Positions 36,900 through 48,892 are shown, numbered from the stretch's first letter. The stretch: DNA of 64,000 nt from Carcharhinus longimanus (GCA_030264375.1 JASCQW010000137.1:25126848-25190847), one strand, 5' to 3'. Notes: generated from the sequence alone by a model not told the origin. Program-made: numbers and translations.

Positions 36900-39560
36900 T
36901 CACTTTACAACATGCCCTATTGTACATCCTACCCCACTTAATTAATCACTTCAGGAGAAGTTTTATAAAATTTCTCCCTCAATGATAGTTAACAGATCTT
37001 TCTAATGACGACCTCCCCATACGGCCCTATTATTCAAATTGGCCCAATCACAGAGCGACCATTAAACTTAATGTAGTATTTGATCATTGCGGTATTTACT
37101 TATCTCTATAACTTGCTTTCCGATCCAAACGGCCATTCACTGTTTTCCTCCAAAGGAAGTCGGCTATGATATTGGGATTTTCTCCAGCTGGCAATCCTCT
37201 GGCAAACTAAACTGCCCGAGCATCCTGAGATCCCAACAACAGGGCGACATCGCTCCCAAATCTCTCAACTAACAAACTTAGTCGACCATTCCCCGTCTTT
37301 TCCTGCTCTTTCTTTGTCCCGTCAACTTTCACATTCCTCGGCTGACATGCAAATGGTTAAGTGGAGGAAGCAGAGCGACATTTTTGTTCGTACCCGCTGT
37401 CTGTAAAACTGACCTCTGCTGTGGTCACATGTATTTCTCACGCTTCGCCATCCTTCACAAAAAAGATAGATGCCGACACAAAGCTGGGAACATTGCTTTA
37501 TACTAACACCTCATTATTCATTAGAATGGAAATGCTCCCCCCCCAAACCCCGCAATTCCACGTCCCGTGCTTTTGAGAGTAGCAAGCATAAATAAGACTA
37601 AATAAGGCGTCTTCTTTTTTTACGCAAGCACAAAGAAATTGTTTCAGCAATGAAGCGCTTTTGCTGCACCCTCTGAGGTGACCTTACCGGTGTTGCCTGG
37701 TGTCGAGCTACATGGCAATGAAAAATTTACTAAAATACCATTGGTGATACTTGCCATACTGCATTAATTGGGATTTAGCTTCTCTGCCACGCCCCCTGTG
37801 GCATTACAATCTTCCATCACTGCAAATAGTAGGGAGGAATTAATTGTTTAAAATCATGTCATTAAAATCTACTAATGTGACACATCGTAGCACTAATGCT
37901 ATTTAGCAGGCCTACAAAAAGAATCAAATTCTGCCCCCTGATATCTAATTCATTTCTTTGCATGGCATTTCAGATAATATAACTATTTTTCAAAATACCA
38001 CAATGACTCTCAAAACAGTAATTTCTCTTTATTAAGTTCACCTTTGCCATGCAAGGCTCCAAATTAAAGAATGTGAAAAGACAAATGTGTGTGACAAGTT
38101 TATTTTTAGATGTAAATAATTCATTAATATACAGCTTGTGTTTATATTAATATCTTGAATGGTACAGATCTTCAATTAGGCTCTGTTTGCACTGCTACAC
38201 AGAACAGCACACAGCTCCAATTAAGCAATGTTAATGAACTTACCCAGAGTAAATCACTGGCTTCATTGGTATCCTGACTGAAACTGAGCTTCAATTAAGC
38301 TTTGTTCAGATTGGAGGACAGAGTCGGAAGCAGATTCAATTATGCTATGTTTACAGTGACACCCAGAACAATACAGTGCTGGTACCCAAAGCAGCATAAA
38401 GCTTCAAATGATGATATACTGCATTCCTAAAGTAATACAAATTCAGCTGGACAGTGTTGACAATGCTGCAGAGCTCAATTAAACTGTTGACTTTGGTACA
38501 CAGAGGAGAACATCAACATTAAGTTCATCAGAGGGATAATAACTGGGCAATTGTACATCTTAGATGTCCAAACACAACCTTTTTTTAAAGTCTAAGTTTA
38601 TTTATTCATGTCACAAGCAGGCTTGTGACACTACTAATACTGCAGTGAATTCACTGCGAAAATGCTTGTATTGCAAATAAAGAGTCGATTTTCAAATGAG
38701 ACAAAAACTTGCTCTGGGCTGCAAGCAGAGAGTGGTCAACGATGAGTGTAATGTTGGAGCTTAATTCTTCCTGAAATGGTGCAGCCTCTGTGTAAAATAT
38801 CAGGCACATGCCAAAATTGCGATCACCCACTTACACTGAAAAAAAAATCTCACTTGCTTCTTGTGCAGTAATTCTGCAACAGCCATAGGGCGAACCATCA
38901 GAGACTCCTATTCTTTCACTCTCTCAGTGTGTTCAACAGAACACAGCTGATGAAAGGAGCAGAGTATGTGATGAGAATGCCATTTGTTACTCCTTGCAGA
39001 TTTCAGTGCTTGATTGAACTACCACTTTTTTTCCTCCAGTAATTGATGGAAATTGTCTAAAATGGGATAAGAGAAGCTGAGAGGAACTGAAACAAGCAAA
39101 GAATATTAAAAGATACATTTTAAATATTTAACTCTGTGCTCCTTATTGTAACACTAAACGATACACCATGACATCAATTGCACACAACTCCTCCAGCAGA
39201 GAAACTACATTAAATGCCCTCTGTGCAAGCCAGCTCTTGCATTAATACATTTGTTGGATCTTTCTAAATATATGGCTTTCAAGAGAGTGCCTGATGTCAT
39301 CATTTGCCGTAAATCATTTACACTGCAATGTATTAAAGCCATAAAATTGTGTTTTGTTTTACTTTTAGACCATAATTGTAGGCAATGTCAAATGCTAAAA
39401 ACTGCCAGCTTTTTTGATAGACCACAGAAGTAAAACTACCATTTAGAATCTGTCAGGCCAATTAGCCAAAGCCTTTACTCTATAATTTCTTGATTACAAC
39501 CTATATCATTTAAAAATAGGCCAGATGTTGACGCTTTATCATCAACAACAATGGGGGTGA
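36900..39560. promoter_or_regulatory. TE-poor block resembling clustered conserved non-coding elements
   Basis: Only one short SINE tail (38587-38665) in ~2.6 kb; locally more CpG; CCAAT at 37044, ATGCAAAT at 37347, many TAAT/ATTA. Confidence 0.4.
37688..37819 (-). other. Candidate exon (132 nt) with Kozak ATG at 37757
   Basis: Acceptor CCTCCCTACTATTTGCAG, donor CCG|GTAAGG; AGTATGG start reading MASITNGILVNFSLPCSSTPGNT into the donor. No homolog recognised. Confidence 0.3.
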
Positions 39561-39872
39561 TAGACCAACATGCAGTTTTATAGCAATAAATACTTGAAGT
39601 AACACGGTGGGGTGGGGTGGGGTGGGGGGGGGGGGGAAGTGGTGCTACGAATTCAATCGCTCAGCATCGNNNNNNNNNNNNNNNNNNNNNNNNNNNNNNN
39701 NNNNNNNNNNNATGGAACCTATAGCTACATGAAGTGGTTGAGGAGAAAAGCACAGTGCGTTAAAAAGGAGGGGCATATGGAGATTGGAGGGAGAAAGGAA
39801 TAGAAAGATATTCTGCTGCAGTGGGGTGTTGAGCATAGGCATCAGTGTTGACTAGGTGGACAGATGTGGACC

Positions 39873-40158
39873 GCACAGTGATTAGCATTGCTGCCTCCTG
39901 GTGCCAGGAACACAGATTCGTTTCCCAGCTTGGGTCACTGTCCATGTGGAGTCTGCACGTTCTCCACATTTGTGTGTGTGTTTCCTCCTGATGCTCTGGT
40001 TTCCTTCCACAGTTCGAAAGACGTATTGGTTAGGTGCACTGGTCGTACTAAATTGTCCCTCAGGGTATCCAACTGAGTGCCCAAATGTGGCAACTAGGGG
40101 ATTCTCACAATAACTTAATTTTAAGGTTAATGTAAACCTTTTTGTGACACTAATAAAA
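39873..40158 (+). mobile_element. V-SINE tail-B subfamily
   Basis: GCACAGTGATTAGCATTGCTGCCTC head; ACTAGGGGATTCTCACAATAACTT...TGTGACACTAATAAA tail. Confidence 0.88.
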
Positions 40159-40162
40159 ATTA

Positions 40163-40314
40163 GGGTGTGCACAGTAAGAAGTCTCCTGACACCAGGTTAA
40201 AGTCCAACAGGTTTATTTGGAATCACGAGCTTTCAGAGCACTGCTCCTTCATCAGGTGAGTGTGATGACTTCTTATTGTGCCCACCCCAATCCGACGCCA
40301 GCATCTCCACATCA
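40163..40314. mobile_element. Penelope-like inverted pseudo-LTR structure containing a minimal hammerhead (minus 40223-40259)
   Basis: Left arm GGGTGTGCACAGTAAGAAGTC is reverse-complementary to right arm GACTTCTTATTGTGCCCACCC; minus strand has TCAC-CTGATGA-A-GGAGCAGTGCTCT-GAAA-GC-TC-GTGA. Confidence 0.82.
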
Positions 40315-41409
40315 AAAAATAGGTTGGTCCATTTGTAAGGTTGATGCAATTTTACAAAGCATCAACGGTATATTAAGCCTACCAGTTAGTGCACAGTTTT
40401 GATTGCAATAGTTGATTCTCTAAGTAGACAAGTAATAAGATGTTTGATTCTCAATAATATGCCAGTACAAATAGGCCAGTGGAGGTGATTGAGAAAACGG
40501 ACAACTACAGAAAGTGAGGAAGGTTTACAGCCCAACAAAATGGCCTTCACCATGGTGGTCAACCTATGTGGAGATTGCTCAGCAGTTGAAGGTGGTTTTA
40601 GTTAAGGGACGGTCAATGTTGTGAACCAAAGAACAAAGGAGATTGTTTTGAACCCACTAGGCCAGAGGAGGAACTGTGGGAGATCCCCAGTATATGGAAC
40701 AACAGGGTTAGAAGAATGTTCACAGCTGTTTAGCCTGGATTTGTGACTAGAATGACAGCAGAATGAGTTCTATTCCTGTCTCTGGTTTTAAAAAAAATCT
40801 TTTCTGCATCTGTTTTGCCTTCAAAGAACATCGTAATCAGACTGATGGCATTTATTAATAGATTCACAGAATAATACAAATGCTTATGACATTCATTCTG
40901 TCATGTACTAACCATCTTGTCAATACCTAACATTTATGTTGCTCTTTATATTGCTGAGAAATTCTGGTGATACATTATAAATAAAAAAAAACCTTTATCT
41001 CTTCACAGATGAAGGTCCAGATATCAATAATGCCCAGCAAAAAAACAACAGACCATAACCAATCCTAATGACTGTTACTGTTCCAGGCACCTGCACAGAA
41101 ACTGAAGTAGTAAGTGATATTGAGCCATTGCGACACAAACATTCACATGATGTTTCCAATGGTTGAAGGTGAATGGAAGAGGCAAATGAAATATTACAGG
41201 GATCATAGATCGAGATACCAATAGAAGAATAGATGATTATGGAGCCTGATCTTCAAAGTAAAATGGTTTGAAGTAGTAAGATACTCAAACTGCAAAGTGG
41301 ATCAGAGGTTGGAAAGGTCCCTCTCTGACATATGCTACAGGTGAAACCATTGAACATCTGCACAGAAAACAATACAGAGGAGATGATCTTAAATTGATGT
41401 ATTGTATAT

Positions 41410-42154
41410 CTATATTAAATGGTAAAAAAATTGCAGCGTGCTGCTGTGCAGAGGGACCTGGGTGTCCTTGCGCAGGAATCTCTTGGTTTGCGGGTGCAGC
41501 AGGTAATTAAGAAGGCAAATGGAATTTTGCCTTTTCATGTTAGAGGGATGGAGTTTAAAAACAGCGAGGTTATGTTGCAGCTGTATAAGGTGCTGGTGAG
41601 GCCACACCTGGAGTNNNNNNNNNNNNNNNNNNNNNNNNNNNNNNNNNNNNNNNNNNNNNNNNNNNNNNNNNNNNNNNNNNNNNNNNNNNNNNNNNNNNNN
41701 NNNNNNNNNNNNNNNNNNNNNNNNNNNNNNNNNNNNNNNNNNNNNNNNNNNNNNNNNNNNNNNNNNNNNNNNNNNNNNNNNNNNNNNNNNNNNNNNNNNN
41801 NNNNNNNNNNNNNNNNNNNNNNNNNNNNNNNNNNNNNNNNNNNNNNNNNNNNNNNNNNNNNNNNNNNNNNNNNNNNNNNNNNNNNNNNNNNNNNNNNNNN
41901 NNNNNNNNNNNNNNNNNNNNNNNNNNNNNNNNNNNNNNNNNNNNNNNNNNNNNNNNNNNNNNNNNNNNNNNNNNNNNNNNNNNNNNNNNNNNNNNNNNNN
42001 NNNNNNNNNNNNNNNNNNNNNNNNNNNNNNNNNNNNNNNNNNNNNNNNNNNNNNNNNNNNNNNNNNNNNNNNNNNNNNNNNNNNNNNNNNNNNNNNNNNN
42101 NNNNNNNNNNNNNNNNNNNNNNNNNNNNNNNNNNNNNNNNTTCTTATGTTCTTA
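41410..42154 (+). mobile_element. CR1 LINE 3' portion spanning a gap
   Basis: QRDLGVLAQES...KKANGILPFHVRGMEFKNSEVMLQLYKVLVRPHLE; TTCTTATGTTCTTAT tail after the gap. Confidence 0.92.
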
Positions 42155-42780
42155 TATTAGGTAAGCTTTTCAAAAGCCCCCGTATCCAACTATCCTCGTC
42201 CAGTGAGAATGGAACACACAGGGCTGATAAAATATCGGCAGTGTGGCACTCATGTTGTGTGGATGTCTTGCTTTTGTCAGGCACCTTTCACCCAATATAT
42301 GAAACTCTCGCCTAAGATAGGTGGAGACCGTACTGACATTCAAAAGTTATCAGGAGTAATTTTCCCAAAGAAAATGGCAAAGTATCAGGTTCAGACAAAG
42401 CCCTACCACCTGGCCCTGCCCTTTTGCCCACAGGAGTGCCAACCTGGCAGTATCAACCAGGTAGTGTGCCAGGGCACTGCCTAGTCATATCCCAGATCAT
42501 CTGAGGTGTTGGTGGGGGGGGGTGGTGTGGCTACACTGGCCTCTGTGCCCCAGTATGGTCATCTTGACTGCTGGAGACCAGTAGTGATTCCCACTGGCGT
42601 GGCATTAGACCAGCAGGGTACAGGAAGATCTTAAACTGGGATCTCCCTGCCGCAAAGCCCATTATGGCGCTGTCATGACAGTACCCGGCCACAATGGGGT
42701 TTGCACCAGCAGTGAACAAACCCTGAAATTTGCCCCCCCCCACCCCTGAACATTAATCAGCCTCTGACAACATTTTAATA

Positions 42781-42954
42781 CAGTAAGAAGTCTCACAACA
42801 CCAGGTTAAAATCCAACATGTTTATTTGGTAGTAAATGCCACTAGCTTTCAGAGCGCTGCTCCTTTGCCAGGTGGGTGGGTAGTTCTGATCTGGTGTTTT
42901 GAGACTTCTTTCTGTGTTTATCCCAGTTCAATGTCGGCATCTCCACATCATGAC
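42781..42954. mobile_element. Penelope-like inverted pseudo-LTR structure (degenerate hammerhead)
   Basis: CAGTAAGAAGTCTCACAACACCAG vs CTGGTGTTTTGAGACTTCTTTCTG; minus CAC-CTGGCAA-AGGAGCAGCGCTCT-GAAA-GC-TA-GTG. Confidence 0.78.
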
Positions 42955-43563
42955 ATTTTAACCAACAGCAGTGAGATTATGCTAGTCTTCAAAGGAAACA
43001 TTGCCCTCATGATGATGAACAGGCCCAGAAATGGTGTGTTCCCTCACTCTCTACCCTCATCCATCCTGCTAGTGGGGATCGTTCCCACGGGTCCTCAACT
43101 TCCTACTTCATTCACCCAACCTCCGCCCGTCTGCCTGACAGATTTGTTGCCAGATCTGGCCCATTTAAACTGGACCTGGGAGTTAAAACGGAATGGGTCT
43201 CTCTCATCAACAAACTGGAAAGGACAGGAAGCTTGCCCTCTGGCCCATGCTCGACACTCTCACCAAGTGAAAACGAGTTCTGTGATGGGAAGTCCAAATT
43301 TGAGATGGAATTTAAGGGCCTTGTCATGGCTGGAGAACGTGGCAAGTGGTTCAAAACTCCACTGACTTTGGCGGGATGGGGAAGTAGGATGGGCTGTAAA
43401 ATAGAGCCCTTGGTCTTCAGGCTGGTTCTGAAATGGCATTGCTTTGGAGAGAGAATGCAGTCATCCGTTTGGTAAAACTCATAAATGTCCATTAACTTTG
43501 CCTTGGCCTGATTGCTACTGGACAGAAGAATATTATCAATAGAGGCAAATCTTTAATTATTAT

Positions 43564-44051
43564 AAAGTTTAAAGTTTATTTATTAGTATCACAAGTAGGC
43601 TTACATTAACACTGCAACAAAGTTACTGTGATAGATTTCGTGTTCAAGAATTACATAGGAGTGGTGTCGGGGTGCCCATTGTCATGTCGGGCCAGAGGGT
43701 GGCTTGGGAGGTGAGGGAGAATGGGTGCGAGAGGTCCCTAGGAGGAGGTGGCAGGGCTCGGTCTGGGTATTTATAATAGTTACACCCTTCTAACTATTTC
43801 ATTAAATTTATTACATTTATCCATTAGTGTCACAAGTAGGCTTACACTAACACTGCAATGAAGTTAATGTGAAAATCCCCCTAGTCGCCACCTGTTCGTT
43901 GAGGGAGAATTTAGCATGGCCAGTGCACCTAACCAGCATGCCTTTTGGATTGTGGGAAGAAATGGGAGCACCTGGAGGAAACTCCGCACAGACAGTGACC
44001 CAAGCCAGGAATCGAACCTGGGTCCCTGGTGCGATGAGGCAGCAGTGCTAA
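43564..44051 (-). mobile_element. Two V-SINE tail-B pieces (43564-43631 tail only; ~43805-44051 near complete)
   Basis: Both carry TCACAAGTAGGCTTACA.TAACACTGCAA. Confidence 0.8.
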
Positions 44052-44980
44052 GAGGAATCAAAGAAGAATTGCCCAGCACATCATTAGGCTTCCTGGCAAA
44101 TGCAGCCAGGGATTTATGACCCTTCATATTAATATGTGCAATATGGAATTGATTGTGGGAAACCCATTAAAGTAACTGGTTGGTGCCTAAGCATTTGAAA
44201 ATGTGCCTAAGAGTCATTGAAATAAGGTGGATAGTCAGGCAATTTTATTTCCCCTCCAGTCCAACTGAGCTTTTTTTGACTGTTTCACTGAACCATCTTC
44301 CCACCCCCTCTCCCCCCACCCTATTCTGAGCAAATATCTAGACACCGCACCCAGGATGTGGTACGTCAACTTCTCTCCCTCCTTATATATTTTCACGTCC
44401 TGAGCTTGAGCCATTTCCTGCTAATCCAGCCCATGACACGCACACAATCAGCCTGCGGATTTTCTCCTTCATTCAAATCAAAAGCCACGGTATCTGTTTC
44501 GATGCACCATTTACATCTGGTGAACGTGATGTGATAATGGGATATAAGTTGCTTGGCTCCATTCATTGTATAAATATTTCATCCAACAGGTCTTGGCTCA
44601 CTTACATTTCCTTCCTCTGCAAATCAGCGAAACAGCTACGGAAGTCCAAAATCAAGTCTAATACATGATGACAACAGGAAAATAGCCATTTCAAATTGGC
44701 TTCTATTTCATGTGTATATTTATAGGACAGCCTGTGTTAATCAAGACTTGTAAACTGTAGAAAAGCTAATGCAGGGCGAAGAATTGCTCTTGTCATTATA
44801 TGTAGCAACAATATAAAATGCATTCAAAAGGACCACGTTTCCAAAGTTATTTCACACAGTGACCTGGGGTATCTCCCTCCATTAGTAACATTGCTTTATT
44901 AGTGAAGAAAAATGTTTCCGACTTTTTAATCTTGGAAACAAACAAAAAGCAGAGTATACTGCTACGACTGTGGTGCGATT

Positions 44981-45331
44981 TTATTATTCATTCCTGGTTC
45001 ATGGGCATTGCTGGCTGGCCAGCATTTGTTGCCCATCCCTAGATACCCAAGGGCAGTTGAGAGTCAACCACATCGCTGTGGCTCTGGAATCATACGTAGG
45101 CCAGCCCAGGTAAGGATGGCAGATTTCCTTCCCTAAAGGACATTTGTGAGCCAAATGGGTTTTTCCAACAATTGGCAATAATTTCATGGTCATCAGTAGA
45201 TTCTTAATTCCAGACATTTTTACTGAATTTAAATTGTACCACCTGCCATGCCGGGATTTGGGTTTCCAGAACATTAGCTGAGTTTCTGGATTAATAGTCT
45301 AGCAATAATTCCACTAGGCCATTGTTCTCCC
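44981..45331 (-). mobile_element. SINE family C, full length
   Basis: Reverse complement head GGGAGAACAATGGCCTAGTGGAATTATTGCTAGACTATTAATCCAG; core GATGACCATGAAA...CCCATTTGGCTCACAAATGTCCTTTAGGGAAGGAAATCTGCC; tail GGGATGGGCAACAAATGCTGGCCAGCCAGC. Confidence 0.85.
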
Positions 45332-45577
45332 CATACACATCATAGCACTCTCATTATCATTTTATTTTGATGAGGGCACTATGTCTATTTTTCCAGCTGC
45401 TTTAACTCACATTATCATACGATCTTTCAAGATAATCCAGACAAATTAAAAGAAATACTGCACTTATAATTTTTTTTTGGTGGGAGGCTGGGAGCGGGTG
45501 ACACTAATTCCGATTGATGAGTGTCTTTCTCTCAGATGCCAGTTGAAACATTGCCAGCTGCCAAGAATATTGCCCAT

Positions 45578-45870
45578 GTTAACACTGCTGCCTTACAGCG
45601 CCAGGGACCCAGGTTCGATTCCCAGCTTGGGTCACTGTCTGAGTGGAGTTTGCACGTTTTCCCCTTATCTGCGTAGATTTCCTCCCACAGTCCAAAAAAA
45701 TGTGTGGGTTAAGTGGATTGGCCATGCTAAATTGTCCCTTAGTGTCAGGGGGACTAGCTAGAGTAAGTGAATAGGGGTAATGGGGATAGGGGCTGGGTGG
45801 GATTGTTGTCAGTGCAGACTCAATGGGTTGAATAGCCTCCTTTGGCACTGTAGAATTCCATTATTCCATG
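45578..45870 (+). mobile_element. HE1 SINE
   Basis: GGGACCCAGGTTCGATTCCCAGCTTGGGTCACTG B-box, core and tail. Confidence 0.88.
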
Positions 45871-46885
45871 TGGCCCTCACACCATTGGTAGCCTGACCCA
45901 ACATCCAAGCTGGTAATGTTGGATTTGAAACCCAAAGTTATTCCCCCAAGGAAGTAATTTCACAGCGTGGATCTATTGTGAACACTTTGTTGGCAGGACT
46001 ACTGGAAAAGCAATAAAAGGCCACAATATGCTGGTTAGGAGAATGCTGTTTTGAAGCTGATTGTGTTGATAGTTTTGAAATACAGTCGAAGTCGACAAAA
46101 ATTGGACACCACAACTTTCAAATCAGTGGAAGGTGGCACTGTAAATAAAAATACAATCTAAAAAGACTGACACTTCCATTTTTCAACCTTGCCTGGTAAA
46201 GGTTAATTATTTCTAACATGGTGAGTGATGGCAAAGGATCGCAGCCACCTTATATCAATCTGGCACAGGCTGGTACTGCTAAGAGGTTTCAGTGTAGTGC
46301 ATTATGATCACAAGTCTACAGAAAAATCAATTTTTAATTGAGTGTATTATTTGAGAGGCCCAAGCTGTCCATCATATCCTGCTAATGGAATTTCCATCCG
46401 TCTTTACTGCTGACACAAGCAGGATTCCACCTCATCTACCACCCGCATTTAATCACCCAGCTCACACTTCACTGGAAAGGAAATTAACTCTTAAGGTACA
46501 TTTGTATAAGAGGCAAATGTCCACTATCTGGAAAGTAAGGGAATCGGGCCATTTATGTGCTTATTCTCTGTAACAGAGTCAAACATTTTATAGCTCATCC
46601 ACCTCTCCATTCCCAGTTGACGGAATATATACAAACCCAGTTTCAGTAATCAATCGCTTCTTGCTTATCACACTGAGATGCAAATGCTGCAGATTCTGTG
46701 GACGATTTTTGTGTGGCTCGGTTGCAGATTATCTGGCTTCAGTTTACTTTTTTCTTTAAAAAGCACGTTGGGTTGTCGGATATTCACTGACATTAACAAG
46801 TGGAAGGACTGAGACATGTGGATGATGCACCAGTTTGTCAACACATCCTGCACCCTTATTATCATTTTATTTTGATGAGGATGCT

Positions 46886-46996
46886 GGACGGGATTTTACG
46901 GCCTTGCTCATCCCGAAACCGTAAAATGGACCTTCCCATTGTCTGCCCCTTGCCCTCTCTGATTCCTGTGATGGGTGGGGCAGTGGAATTCTGGCT
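46886..46996. mobile_element. Harbinger-type MITE with TSD GCT
   Basis: Homologous to 30401-30527; flanked by GCT; absent from the paralogous site near 45378. Confidence 0.8.
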
Positions 46997-47345
46997 GCTA
47001 TGTCTGTTTTTCTAACTGCTTTGACTCACATTATATGATCTTTCAAGATAATCCAGACAAATTAATTTTTAAAAAAGCTATGGTTATAATTTCTTTTGGT
47101 GGGAGTGAGGGGGGAGGCAGGCAGTGGTGGNNNNNNNNNNNNNNNNNNNNNNNNNNNNNNNNNNNNNNNNNNNNNNNNNNNNNNNNNNNNNNNNNNNNNN
47201 NNNNNNNNNNNNNNNNNNNNNNNNNNNNNNNNNNNNNNNNNNNNNNNNNNNNNNNNNNNNNNNNNNNNNNNNNNNNNNNNNNNNNNNNNNNNNNNNNNNN
47301 NNNNNNNNNNNNNNNNNNNNNNNNNNNNNNNNNNNNNNNNNNNNA

Positions 47346-48335
47346 GGAAGTTCAAAGAATTCGGCCAAGTCACAGTGAAGGACTGGTGATATATTTCAGA
47401 ATGGTGAGTGGTTTGGAAAAAAACTTCTAGGTGGTGGTATTCCCACCTGTCCTTGTCCTTCTAGATGGTAGTGGTCATGTGTTTGGAAGATACTGTATAA
47501 TGATTGGTGGTGAGTTCCTGCAGTGCATTTCGTCGATGGTACACACTGTTGTAACTGTGCACTGGTGATGGAGGGAGTGAATGTTTGTGGATGAGCTGTC
47601 AATCAAGTGGGCTGCATTGTCCTAGATGGTATCAAGCTTCTTGTGTGTTGTTGGGGTGCATTCATCCCAGCAAATGAACAACATTCCATCACAGCCCTGA
47701 CTTGTACCTTGTAGATGGTGGACAGGCTTTGAAAAGTCAACAGCTAAGTTACTCTCCACAGGATTCCTAGTTTTTGACTTGTTCCTGCAGCCACAGTATT
47801 TATATGGCTAGCGAGTTCAGTTTCTGGTCAATGGTAACCCACAGGATATTAAGAATGGGGGATTCAGTGACGCTATTGAATGTCAAGGGGCGATGGTTGG
47901 GTTCTCTCTTTGTGGAGTTGGTCAATGCCTGGCATTTGCGTGGAACAAATGTTTCCTGTCATTCGTCTGCCCAAACCTAGATATTGTCCAGATCTTGCTG
48001 CATTTGGACATGGATTGCTGCAGTCTGTGAGTAGTCAAGATTAATGCTGAACATTGCGCAATCATCAGTATACATCCCCATTTCTGATCTTATGTTAGAA
48101 GGAAGATCACAGATGAAGCAGCTGAAAGTGGCTGGTCCAAGGACATCACCTGAGGAACTTCTACAGTGATGTTCTGGAGCTGAGATTTTTGATCTCCAAT
48201 AGAAATATTGATCTCCAATACAAACTCGAACCAACAGTGCGCTTTTCCCAATTCCCACTGACTTCAGTTTTGCTCGAATTCCCTGATGTCACACTTGGTC
48301 AAATGCCATGTTAATTCAAGGGCTGTGACGCTCCC
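47346..48335 (-). mobile_element. CR1/L2-group (Zenon-like) LINE, RT and 3' region
   Basis: VLGPATFSCFICDLPSNIRSEMGMYTDDC (RT YADD box variant) and QMQQDLDNI. Confidence 0.85.
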
Positions 48336-48539
48336 CTTCAACTGAAAGACGACTCACCAGAGGGAGACATGGAGGAGGCTGAGAACTCCTCATGCAATGA
48401 AGATCTGAAAGGACAGGAAGCTGAAGAGGGTGATGATGAGGAGCTTCATCCGCAGAGTATTAGGGTTCTGCCATTGGTTCATTCGTTAGATTAATCCACC
48501 AATAGAGTTAACTTGGTTCCAATCTCCTGATGGATCTCT

Positions 48540-48892
48540 CATAGAATCCCTACAGTGCAGAAGGAGACCATTCAGCCCATCGAGCCTGCACCCACCCAGG
48601 CCCAATCCCTGCAACCCCACACATTTACCCTGCTTTTTNNNNNNNNNNNNNNNNNNNNNNNNNNNNNNNNNNNNNNNNNNNNNNNNNNNNNNNNNNNNNN
48701 NNNNNNNNNNNNNNNNNNNNNNNNNNNNNNNNNNNNNNGATGGATCTCTCATAGAATCCCTACAGTGCAGAAGGAGACCATTCAGCCCATCCCACCCAGG
48801 CCCAATCCCTGCAACCCCACACATTTACCCTGCTTTTTCTCCAGACACTAAGGAACAATTTAGCATGGCCAATCAACCTAACCCACATATTC
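48540..48892 (-). mobile_element. HE1 3' part, duplicated across a 100-N gap
   Basis: CATAGAATCCCTACAGTGCAGAAGGAGACC appears on both sides of the gap. Confidence 0.8.

Larger units (their letters stand above)
45335..47105 (+). repeat. Diverged local direct repeat (~150 bp; copies 45335-45490 and 46839-47105)
   Basis: Shared ATTATCATTTTATTTTGATGAGG and GATCTTTCAAGATAATCCAGACAAATTAA blocks. Confidence 0.85.

Noticed and set aside
38947-38980. CTGATGA as another hammerhead core (also 2652)
   Set aside because: No stem II followed by GAAA and no stem I complementarity.
41419-42315. Long ORFs in the track (298 aa here; also 27897, 10034, 5503, 46975)
   Set aside because: Length comes from N runs; the real parts are CR1 or Harbinger remnants.
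48345-48470. Acidic reading frame DDSPEGDMEEAENSSCNEDLKGQEAEEGDDEE as a host exon
   Set aside because: No splice sites; more likely a Harbinger transposase acidic tail fragment.
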